Shown here: positions 1 to 7,750 of the stretch, one piece after another
Numbering within the stretch: the first letter of the stretch is position 1
How the letters are laid out: each line of letters begins with the position of its first letter
Assembly: GCA_965662325.1 (NCBI GenBank)
Contig: CBFIHW010000001.1
Span: forward strand, 6,204 to 70,203
DNA: 64,000 nucleotides
DNA from: an uncultured Pirellulales bacterium
GTDB taxonomy: Bacteria; Planctomycetota; Planctomycetia; Pirellulales; UBA1268
Reading direction: 5' to 3'
Notes under the pieces: model-generated
What the model was told of the DNA's origin: nothing
Databases searched by the model: none
Seen by the model: the letters and a program-made list of their open reading frames with translations, nothing else
Position numbers and translations under genes: made by a program

Positions 1-245
1 GCTCTTACCTCACCGTTTCACCCTTACCAGCAGACAGGAGCCTGCTGGCGGTCTATTTTCTGTGGCACTTTCCCTAACCTTACGGTTGGTGGGTGTTACC
101 CACCATCGCATCCTCCGGAGCCCGGACTTTCCTCTCGCCAGAATCTTATTGGTACAAAAAATGCAGCTCTATCCCGAAAGATGAAAATGCTAGTTTTGCA
201 ATCCAAATCTGTTTCTGACCAGCGACTGCCCGGCCCACTCAGATT
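1..245 (-). ncRNA. rnpB: RNase P RNA (bacterial type A), 5' portion; the 3' portion lies beyond the left window edge
   Basis: The reverse complement of 117-134 reads GGAGCCCGGACTTTCCTC -> GAGGAAAGTCCGGGCTCC (universal P4 strand). The reverse complement of 1-24 reads GGTGAAACGGTGAGGTAAGAGC (conserved P10-12 region). No credible ORF covers it. The 5' end (about 222-245) is only estimated from a CAGTCGC P2-like segment. Confidence 0.85.
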
Positions 246-456
246 CCTACAAAATCGTCGCACGGCAAACGGCGAAGAGCAAGCGGTGCCTGCTACTTTG
301 GGGTGCTAGTGATTAATCGGGATGAGACCGCGTGAAATGACCAAAAAATATAAATAGGTAATACGTGGGACAGTTTTTCCCATCGTATAGTTCAAATAGT
401 ATGCTAAGAGATAAGAATTACCCTGCTGGGCGTTATAACGCCGGAGAATCCAGTTG

Positions 457-846
457 ATGTTCGGCGAATTACAACCTATTGGCGGAGGGGACTCGATTCC
501 TTTGCTAAAGAAAGCTTTAGTGGTTGGCCGGCGAGAGTCTGCTGATATCGTACTGAGATTCCCAACAATTTCAGGAAGTCATTGTGAACTTGTTGTTGAA
601 GATGGAATTTGGGTTGTACGAGATCTTAATAGTAGCAATGGAACAAAAGTGAACGGTGTTCGTGTTAATGAACAGCATGTCAAGCCAGGTGATACGCTTT
701 CATTTGCTAAATATGCTTTTGAATTCTTCTACGATCCTGCAGAGTTGGGTGCAACCGATGATGCCAAGAGTAAACTTGCTGAGACGGATGTTTTCAGCCG
801 CAGCCTTCTTCAGGCCTCTGGGTTGGAATCTCGCCGCAGGCGGTGA
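457..846 (+). CDS. FHA-domain protein
   Basis: The core LVVGRRESADIVLRFPTISGSHCELVVEDGIWVVRDLNSSNGTKVNGVRV fits the FHA pattern (G-R ... S-x-x-H ... NG-T-x-x-NG). The ATG at 457 is preceded by GGAG. The track start at 454 is a TTG. Confidence 0.8.
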   Translation: MFGELQPIGGGDSIPLLKKALVVGRRESADIVLRFPTISGSHCELVVEDGIWVVRDLNSSNGTKVNGVRVNEQHVKPGDTLSFAKYAFEFFYDPAELGATDDAKSKLAETDVFSRSLLQASGLESRRRR

Positions 847-929
847 TCGTTGGCAGCAGGGGAGAGTGTAAGCCGTGGCGTCACCTGCAGGAGTATCAAT
901 GGAAGTGCCATGCTGTGTATGCTTGAGAT

Positions 930-2051
930 ATGAAGAATTCTCGGATATCTCGGGTCGCTTTTCGCAAAAACCGTCATGCGCGTCGACGACAAACTGATGT
1001 TACTCGGCAATTCGAAAATGACGGCGATGTGAGTGAGAACCTTGCTTCGTCAGAGAGGATCTCCGGCAAAGGAGAACTTACCCGAAAACGGACAGTCAAA
1101 CTGCCTGCTGTTGAAGACGGGGTCAATAGCTCTCGAAATGGAAATGATGCGTGGCGAGGGCAAGTGCTGCACGCTCATGGCTTGGATAGCTTTGTGCGTG
1201 ATGAGTTTGGGCAGATTACACGGTGCGCAATTCGGCAGGTCTTACATGATGTCGCGACAGATCAGCGCCATCCTGTATCTGCAGGTGATTGGGTGCATGT
1301 GCAGGGGCGAGGTGAAGAGGCCGCCATCTGTTTCATTGAACCACGCCGCAGTGCCTTAAGCCGATCGAGCCGTGGCCGCCGCCACACACTTGTTGCGAAT
1401 GTAGATCAATTGTTTATTGTCGGCAGTGCTGCCCAGCCTGACTTAAAACCTGGCTTGATTGACAGGATGCTCGTAGCTGCGGAGTCTGCTGGCATCCGTC
1501 CCGTGATTTGTATTAATAAAATTGATCTGATTGACCCAGCTGAACTTCTTCCGCTTGCTGGGGTGTACGCTCGCATGGGCTACCCTGTGATCCTCTGTTC
1601 ATCAGTGACTGGGTATGGCCTTTCTCGACTAAGAATTGAATTAGATGGGCAAGTCACCGCCGTGGTTGGGCAGAGTGGTGTCGGTAAGTCATCATTACTC
1701 AACTGTCTCGAGCCAGAGCTCGAATTGCCTGTCTCTGATGTAAGTCGTGACAATGAAAAGGGGCGTCATACAACAACTGCTGCAAGATTACTTCCGCATT
1801 CATATAACGGCAGTTTTGTTGACACTCCCGGTGTGCGTCAGTTTCAGCTTTGGGAAACTGTTCCAGCTGAGGTTCCATCCGCCTTCCGTGACTTACGTCC
1901 TCTCGCGAATCACTGCCGCTATCCTGACTGTAGCCATTCACATGAGTCTGGATGTGCTGTGAAGGATGCTGTTGCTGATGGTCTTCTCGATACTCGACGC
2001 TGGGAAAGTTGTTGTCACCTTGCTGCAGGAGCGGAGGATAGTCGCGAGTGA
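930..2051 (+). CDS. rsgA: Ribosome small-subunit-dependent GTPase A (RsgA/YjeQ) with a basic N-terminal extension
   Basis: Circularly permuted GTPase motifs are present: INKIDL (G4), GQSGVGKSSLLN (G1) and DTPG (G3). The C-terminal zinc knuckle is CRYPDCSHSHESGC. Confidence 0.9.
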   Translation: MKNSRISRVAFRKNRHARRRQTDVTRQFENDGDVSENLASSERISGKGELTRKRTVKLPAVEDGVNSSRNGNDAWRGQVLHAHGLDSFVRDEFGQITRCAIRQVLHDVATDQRHPVSAGDWVHVQGRGEEAAICFIEPRRSALSRSSRGRRHTLVANVDQLFIVGSAAQPDLKPGLIDRMLVAAESAGIRPVICINKIDLIDPAELLPLAGVYARMGYPVILCSSVTGYGLSRLRIELDGQVTAVVGQSGVGKSSLLNCLEPELELPVSDVSRDNEKGRHTTTAARLLPHSYNGSFVDTPGVRQFQLWETVPAEVPSAFRDLRPLANHCRYPDCSHSHESGCAVKDAVADGLLDTRRWESCCHLAAGAEDSRE

Positions 2052-3412
2052 GTCTCCCGGAACGTACCGCTGGTGTTGAGTCAGAGCGAACTGTGCTTGT
2101 CGGTGTGTATATCAATGCGCCGGCGAATCCCAAAAACCCATTGTTGGAGTTGTCGGGCCTGGCAATCACGGCAGGTGCAGACGTTGTGGCCGAATTGGTC
2201 CAGCGTAGACACGAACCAGATCAGCGGACATATATTGGCCGAGGGAAACTCAAAGAACTTTTGTCTGTTGTTGAGCATTACGATGCCGATGTTGTCATGT
2301 TTGACAATGATCTTTCACCGGCACAAATAAGAAACCTTGAGCATGAGTTGAATTGCAAAGTGCTGGATCGCTCAGAGGTCATCCTTGATATATTTGCTGC
2401 ACGTGCACGAACGTATGAAGCGAGGTTGGCTGTAGAGTTAGCGCAGTTGGAGTATTCGTTGCCTAGGCTTAAGCGAATGTGGACACACCTCTCACGGCTG
2501 AAGATGGGTATCGGGATGCGGGGTCCTGGTGAAAAGCAGCTTGAAGTGGACCGGCGGCTTGTCGAAAAGAGGATTCATGAACTGAAGCAGGAATTGTTAG
2601 TTATTCATCGTCGCCGTGAGAGACAGGTTGCAGCGAGGCATGAGCAGCAAACGGTGTCTCTTGTTGGTTATACAAATGCAGGAAAAAGCACTCTGCTCAA
2701 CACCCTCACTCACGCAGACGTCCTTGCTGAAGACAAACTCTTTGCCACACTGGACACTCGTACCAGACGATGGAAACTGCCAAGTTGGGGGCCGGTGTTA
2801 TTAAGTGATACTGTTGGCTTCATTCGTGATTTACCGCATCATCTGATTGCAAGCTTTAAGGCAACGCTTGAAGAGACTCAGCAAGCCGACTTGCTGCTTC
2901 ATGTGGCAGACGCTTCGAGTCCGTTTGTTGAAAATCAGATTAAAGCAGTCCATTCGGTACTCGAAGAGCTATGTGTTGATGTAAAAGACACGATACTTGT
3001 TTTGAATAAACTCGATGCGGTGACCGATCGCATTACACGAAATCGATTGTGTGATAGGTATCCTTATGCGGTAGGTGTCTCTGCTCAAACAGGTGATGGC
3101 CTTGAAGAGCTTGCGGTACGTACGAGTGATGCTCTGGGGCGAAGCTTTCGGAATGTTGAAGTAGAAACGGATTGTGGGAACGGCCGTCTTTTGGCTTGGC
3201 TTGCTAAGCATGGCGAAGTTCTGTCGAAGCGATTTGGTGATGAGCGAATGATAATTCACTGCCGTATACCACCGGCAGTTCTGGGGCGTATCGATCCAGA
3301 TGAAGCAACGGTAAGAGATTGTGATAATGAGTTGCACGAGCAGTTACACTCTCGATTGTCCTCTTCAATACAGTCTCCCATAACGGAGGCTACATCACGT
3401 GTCGTGTCATAA
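2048..3412 (+). CDS. hflX: GTPase HflX
   Basis: An HflX N-terminal domain (IFAARARTYEARLAVELAQLEY) is followed by GYTNAGKSTLLN (G1), DTVGF (G3) and NKLD (G4). The GTG start overlaps the rsgA stop (GTGA). Confidence 0.9.
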   Translation: MSLPERTAGVESERTVLVGVYINAPANPKNPLLELSGLAITAGADVVAELVQRRHEPDQRTYIGRGKLKELLSVVEHYDADVVMFDNDLSPAQIRNLEHELNCKVLDRSEVILDIFAARARTYEARLAVELAQLEYSLPRLKRMWTHLSRLKMGIGMRGPGEKQLEVDRRLVEKRIHELKQELLVIHRRRERQVAARHEQQTVSLVGYTNAGKSTLLNTLTHADVLAEDKLFATLDTRTRRWKLPSWGPVLLSDTVGFIRDLPHHLIASFKATLEETQQADLLLHVADASSPFVENQIKAVHSVLEELCVDVKDTILVLNKLDAVTDRITRNRLCDRYPYAVGVSAQTGDGLEELAVRTSDALGRSFRNVEVETDCGNGRLLAWLAKHGEVLSKRFGDERMIIHCRIPPAVLGRIDPDEATVRDCDNELHEQLHSRLSSSIQSPITEATSRVVS

Positions 3413-4199
3413 AGTGAGAGATCTTTCTGGGAAATGTGGTATTTTGACCGGGGCGACTTCCGGTGTAGGCAGGGCACTTGCAAAGTTGCTTGCGGAGCGA
3501 GGTGCACGGCTTGTCATTTCAGGTCGCCGTGAATCACGGTTGATCGATCTCGCCTCAGAATATCCTGGATCGCTTATTCCTCTTTCCGGGGATATTACGA
3601 ATAGTGAATTTCAGGAGGAGCTTGTCAGAAGTGCAAAGGCAGCATTTGGTAGTATCGATTTGGTCGTCGCAGCGGCAGGAGCCGGAGCAGTCGGACCGTT
3701 CTCAGAGTCATCGTTGAATACGATGAGGAGTGTATTTGAAATTGATTTTTTTGCTCCAGTAGAGCTTGTCTACAAATCGCTTCCGCTACTAGAGAATGGT
3801 CATGCGCCAGCTGTTGTATTGATTGGTTCGATACTCGGAGTGCATCCGCTACCCTTGCATGGCGGGTACGCAGCAGCAAAAGCCGCGTTGCATGGGTTCG
3901 CTAGTGCAGTGCGGCCAGAATTGGCTTCTCTCGGTATTGATGTACATGTTGCAATACTTGGCCCGACCGAATCAGAATTCTGGGACAATCTTGTTGCTGG
4001 CGAACGGGCCAGCTGGTCGCAGGGTCGTCCCTTGCCGGCAGAGACTACAGCCGCAGCGATTATTGCTGCACTTGAACGCGGAAGGGCTACTGTGATCCCA
4101 GGCTGGCGAGCAAAGACGTATGTCTTTTTATCACGATTTTTTCCAGCCCTTATTGATTTATTTGTTCGCTGGAAACGTCGATATCTTCGCCAATCGTGA
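3399..4199 (+). CDS. Short-chain dehydrogenase/reductase (SDR family)
   Basis: It has the TGATSGVGRALA (TGxxxGxG) cofactor motif and the YAAAKAAL (YxxxK) catalytic motif. Its substrate is unknown. Confidence 0.8.
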   Translation: MSCHKVRDLSGKCGILTGATSGVGRALAKLLAERGARLVISGRRESRLIDLASEYPGSLIPLSGDITNSEFQEELVRSAKAAFGSIDLVVAAAGAGAVGPFSESSLNTMRSVFEIDFFAPVELVYKSLPLLENGHAPAVVLIGSILGVHPLPLHGGYAAAKAALHGFASAVRPELASLGIDVHVAILGPTESEFWDNLVAGERASWSQGRPLPAETTAAAIIAALERGRATVIPGWRAKTYVFLSRFFPALIDLFVRWKRRYLRQS

Positions 4200-5043
4200 G
4201 TAATTCCTCTGCATCGAGCCATTGGTCGTTGGTTTGGAAAAGCTGCTGAATCGCTGCCTTGTGGAGTTTCATTTTTATTTCTCCGACGCCAAGGGCGCCG
4301 TAAAGAATTTTTGTACCATCCCGTCGCGCGGCATCGGTAACCTGGATGCCAGCTATTCCAACTGGCGGCACCGCATTGAGGTCAATGTAGACCGTGGTGG
4401 AAATCGCTTGTGCAAATTGTGCTTCAGTAAGCATCTCGACACCAGGCCCACCTGCCGAAACAATTAGATCGACGGAGCCAATTATCTTCTCAAGCATTTT
4501 GGTTGAAGCAGGCTCGAAGTGAGCGAGAGGGAGTTTTTTGCTGAGTAGCTTGCAGTGTTGGGATGCATGCTCAAAAGATCGTGAGGCAAGAAGAACGTGG
4601 ACTCCTTGATTCGCAAGAAGCCGGCTCACTCTTTGTCCAACAGGGCCAGTGCCACCGAGTACAAGAGCTTGGTACGCTTTTGACCTAGTCAGGGTCTGGA
4701 ATGAAATATGTCGCTTTGCTGCAAGAATCGTTGCGGCTGCGGTTGTGTTTGCACCAGCTGGGTCAATGAAGACGCTAACACGAACAGAATTGAGAAAAGT
4801 CTTTGAAATCTGGGAAGCAATCTCTTCTACTCGAGTAATATTTTTGCCTCCAAGGAAAATGCTCGTTGAAGCAAGATCGGATACTCCGCGGGTGAACATT
4901 GCTCCATGGACCAGTGAAATAACATTCTCTGGTGAGACGTTGCCGTGTCGCAAAAGAACGTCGACACCCGCATCAACAGCAACAATCGCATCGAATGAGC
5001 AGGGTTGTGGATCAACATCAAGTTGCAAGAGAATTTTCTTCAT
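4150..5043 (-). CDS. NAD(P)-dependent methylene-tetrahydromethanopterin dehydrogenase (MtdA/MtdB/MtdC family)
   Basis: The 297-aa length, the N-terminus MKKILLQLDVDPQPCSFDAIVAVDAGVD..VHGAMFTRG and the LVLGGTGPVGQRV Rossmann loop are typical of Mtd enzymes. The gene is adjacent to fae. Confidence 0.8.
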   Translation of the reverse strand: MKKILLQLDVDPQPCSFDAIVAVDAGVDVLLRHGNVSPENVISLVHGAMFTRGVSDLASTSIFLGGKNITRVEEIASQISKTFLNSVRVSVFIDPAGANTTAAATILAAKRHISFQTLTRSKAYQALVLGGTGPVGQRVSRLLANQGVHVLLASRSFEHASQHCKLLSKKLPLAHFEPASTKMLEKIIGSVDLIVSAGGPGVEMLTEAQFAQAISTTVYIDLNAVPPVGIAGIQVTDAARRDGTKILYGALGVGEIKMKLHKAAIQQLFQTNDQWLDAEELLTIGEDIDVSSEQINQ

Positions 5044-5128
5044 GGAAGAAAGTTAGCCTAGTCAGTCATGTTCCGAAGATCGAGGCCTGCAGGCCAAAGG
5101 TATCAGCCTGCAGGCCATTCGTTTTGCA

Positions 5129-5623
5129 CTAGAAGCCACGGAATGGGTGCGCAGAATCTTTTCCTGCGATCATTTCATCTGCTGTAGGCTTGCCGTGCAT
5201 GGCGTTCGTAATTGAGTCAAGTGTTGCCTTGTAGTTATTGTCATAAATCTTCTTGTCATCCTCTGCCAACCAGTGAATGAATACGCCACAAACGATAACA
5301 AGATCTTCGGCTTGATCTTTGGGAATAACTCCACTTTCAACACTATCTGCAACGGCTTTGGCGACTGCTGCTTGTGCAGGACCAAACATCTGAACTGCCT
5401 GTTTTGCTCCCTTGATGGTTACTTTCGTAATCATCACTGTGGCAGGCTTGACAGCAAGATTTGGTGTCAGCACTGCGAGCAGGTTGGAATGCCCCTCGCT
5501 CTGGCGTGAAAGTGCGTTGGCAAACGCTATCCCGACAGGACCGTCCTTGGTGCCAATCAATAAATCGATATGAGCAACTTCATTGCCATCACCGGCTAAC
5601 GATTCACCTATAAACATCGACAT
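5129..5623 (-). CDS. fae: Formaldehyde-activating enzyme (5,6,7,8-tetrahydromethanopterin hydro-lyase)
   Basis: MSMFIGESLAGDGNEVAHIDLLIG..PVG.AFANAL..QS.GH..LLAV..PNL.VKP is the Fae signature. I chose the ATG at 5623, which gives about 164 aa and has GGAG upstream, over the longer track ORF ending at 5749. Confidence 0.9.
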   Translation of the reverse strand: MSMFIGESLAGDGNEVAHIDLLIGTKDGPVGIAFANALSRQSEGHSNLLAVLTPNLAVKPATVMITKVTIKGAKQAVQMFGPAQAAVAKAVADSVESGVIPKDQAEDLVIVCGVFIHWLAEDDKKIYDNNYKATLDSITNAMHGKPTADEMIAGKDSAHPFRGF

Positions 5624-5669
5624 GTGCGAGATCTCCTCGAAACGAGTGCAAAAGTGCTGATGGTCTATC

Positions 5670-5688
5670 GCAGGATGAAGTATCCTGC
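5670..5688. promoter_or_regulatory. Perfect 7-bp inverted repeat (GCAGGAT-N5-ATCCTGC) in the fae / ATP-grasp divergent intergenic region
   Basis: The sequence reads gcaggat gaagt atcctgc, about 47 nt upstream of the fae ATG. It is a candidate operator or 5'-UTR hairpin. Its function is not established. Confidence 0.25.
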
Positions 5689-5792
5689 TAGGCGAAAAGG
5701 TATCGTATGGAGGCGTTATCAGCAATGAGGCGAAGTTTGCTATCTTCAAGATAACGTTTTCGGGACGTAGTAATCTGTGGGTTCAATGCCGG

Positions 5793-6974
5793 GTGTGTAC
5801 AAATTTGCTTGTTATTGGTGCTAGTGCCCGTGCTTTCGCAGCATCGGCATGTCGTCTTGGAATAAAGGTCAATGCTATTGATCTTTTCGGAGATCAAGAT
5901 CTTCGAGAGATTTGTGGCCGGGTGGTGCAGGTTCATGCAAACGACTATCCGAATGGCTTGCCTGCAATCGCGGCAACATTTCCGGAATGCCCTGTGGTGT
6001 ATACAGGTGGTCTGGAAAACCATGTCAAAGTTCTCCGCAGGCTGTCGGCCGCAAGGACGCTTATAGGAAATGTTCCAGAAACGGTAAAAAAAGTTAGAGA
6101 TCCGGCTTTCGTTCAACAGTTAGCTCACAAAAACGGCTGCAGCTATCCAGCGACTTTTTCTCATTCGTCTGGTTTGCCAAAGGACGGAACATATCTGAGA
6201 AAACCAATAGCTAGCGTTGGTGGTGCTGGGATTACGCCATGGCTCGGTTTCTCTGGAAAATCTTGTGCCAGTGGTGAACTCTGGCAAGAGTTTGTTGCAG
6301 GAATTCCAATGTCCGCCAGCTTATTGGTAAGCCCAGAAGGGATTGAAGTGCTCAGTATCTTCCGGCAACTCATTGGACGTGGGTGGTGTCGAGCCAAGCA
6401 GTTTAGCTTTTGTGGTGCCGTTGAACTTTCAAATGCGGGCTTACAGAAAGAAACGTATAAGCGGTTGTTCCAGTTCGCGAGTGCTCTTGCTGAAGAAGCA
6501 AGCCTTATAGGACTCATTGGCATTGATTTTGTAATGCCCCGAAAGATGACAAGAAAATCGATTGGAAAGCCAACTATTCTTGAGGTCAACCCGAGGCCCA
6601 CAGCCACGATGGAGTTGACTGAACGTCGTACTGGCCAGAGTCAGGCGGGGCTACATCTTTATGCAAACGGTTTTCCATTGCCTGCGAAGTCACTTGTTTC
6701 AACAGGTGGACCAGATGTCTGTTGGGGGAAAGCGGTTGTGTTTGCTGAGAAACCGCTTTATGTCTCTGCGTCTTTTGATCACCATCTCACAAGGTGTGCC
6801 TCGTTTATTGAGGATCGCAGTCCGGGATGGCCAATGATTACAGATAGGCCGTGCTGTGGGACTGTCATTCAAGCTGGCCACCCAATTACGACTATTTTTG
6901 CATCAGCCCAAACACCGGGCAGTGTGCTTCGTAGTCTGCGAGAGCATGTTGGTGAAATTGTGCGAGTTCTTTGA
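5793..6974 (+). CDS. ATP-grasp family ligase (substrate unknown; co-located with H4MPT C1 genes)
   Basis: The P-loop-like KPIASVGGAGI and the C-terminal GLIGIDFV...ILEVNPRPTAT (E-x-N-P-R) are ATP-grasp hallmarks. The start is GTG. The gene is divergent from fae. Confidence 0.7.
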   Translation: MCTNLLVIGASARAFAASACRLGIKVNAIDLFGDQDLREICGRVVQVHANDYPNGLPAIAATFPECPVVYTGGLENHVKVLRRLSAARTLIGNVPETVKKVRDPAFVQQLAHKNGCSYPATFSHSSGLPKDGTYLRKPIASVGGAGITPWLGFSGKSCASGELWQEFVAGIPMSASLLVSPEGIEVLSIFRQLIGRGWCRAKQFSFCGAVELSNAGLQKETYKRLFQFASALAEEASLIGLIGIDFVMPRKMTRKSIGKPTILEVNPRPTATMELTERRTGQSQAGLHLYANGFPLPAKSLVSTGGPDVCWGKAVVFAEKPLYVSASFDHHLTRCASFIEDRSPGWPMITDRPCCGTVIQAGHPITTIFASAQTPGSVLRSLREHVGEIVRVL

Positions 6975-6989
6975 GAAGGGGAGCTGTTC

Positions 6990-7505
6990 TTAGCCCGCAA
7001 GCCTGCGGTTTGTGGTGTCCTCATTCGCTTCAGCAAGAAAATGCATTAAGTAGGCATCCTCTGTGGTGTCTTGGTAGAAGTCACGCAGAACACTTGTTGC
7101 AAGAAATCCTAGTGAACGGAAAAAAACTTGAGCAGGAAGATTCGTTTCGCGGACTTCCAAAACAATTCGGTTGCGTCTTTGAGGGCTGAGTTTAGAGATT
7201 AATTTTGTCAGCATTGCTGTACCGATTCCCAGTCGTCTGTGCGTGCGCGCGACGGCAAAGTTTAGAATATGTACTTTTGTCCGGTGGAGTTCGTAAAGCA
7301 TGTAGCCCACAACGCCACCACTTATTTCGGCAACCATACCAATGCAGTTGCGTTGTCGTAAGCATCGGGTGAAATCAGTATCCGCCCAAGGGAACTCAAA
7401 TGATTCTTCCTCAATACAGAGGATTTCAGCCATGTCTCGACGGATCATCCAGCGAATTTGCACCTGGTCGGTTGAGGAAAGCTGGTGGTCGTAGGTGGTT
7501 TTCAC
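6990..7505 (-). CDS. rimI: GNAT N-acetyltransferase, RimI-like (ribosomal-protein-alanine acetyltransferase)
   Basis: IEEESFEFPW...VGYMLYE...ILNFAVARTHRRLGIGTAML...LEVRETNLPAQVFFRSLGF...EDAYLM matches the RimI/GNAT acetyl-CoA motif layout. Confidence 0.7.
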   Translation of the reverse strand: MKTTYDHQLSSTDQVQIRWMIRRDMAEILCIEEESFEFPWADTDFTRCLRQRNCIGMVAEISGGVVGYMLYELHRTKVHILNFAVARTHRRLGIGTAMLTKLISKLSPQRRNRIVLEVRETNLPAQVFFRSLGFLATSVLRDFYQDTTEDAYLMHFLAEANEDTTNRRLAG

Positions 7506-7750
7506 AGAATTTTCTCCGAAGATCTCTTTATCTCAGCATATGAAATAAGTCAGGAATTACGTGCGTTCGCACTGTTAACTTGCTTGTTCGCCAGTTTTGC
7601 TTTGGCGAGACGCTAGCAGGTCTCGACGAGCCAACCAAGATGTTTCCTGCCCATGAAACTGCCTTGACCGCCTCGCAGGAAGTGCCTACTTTCCCCGGGT
7701 CTGCCAGCCTCCGTTCTGTGCTGGCTTCACCTCGGTTGTTGGATGGTTGC

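Noticed and set aside
5624-5749. The 42-codon N-terminal extension of the fae ORF on the track (start at 5749).
   Set aside because: Fae proteins are about 165-170 aa and begin MxxxxIGE. The internal ATG at 5623 has an SD-like GGAG, and the extension has no homology-like features.
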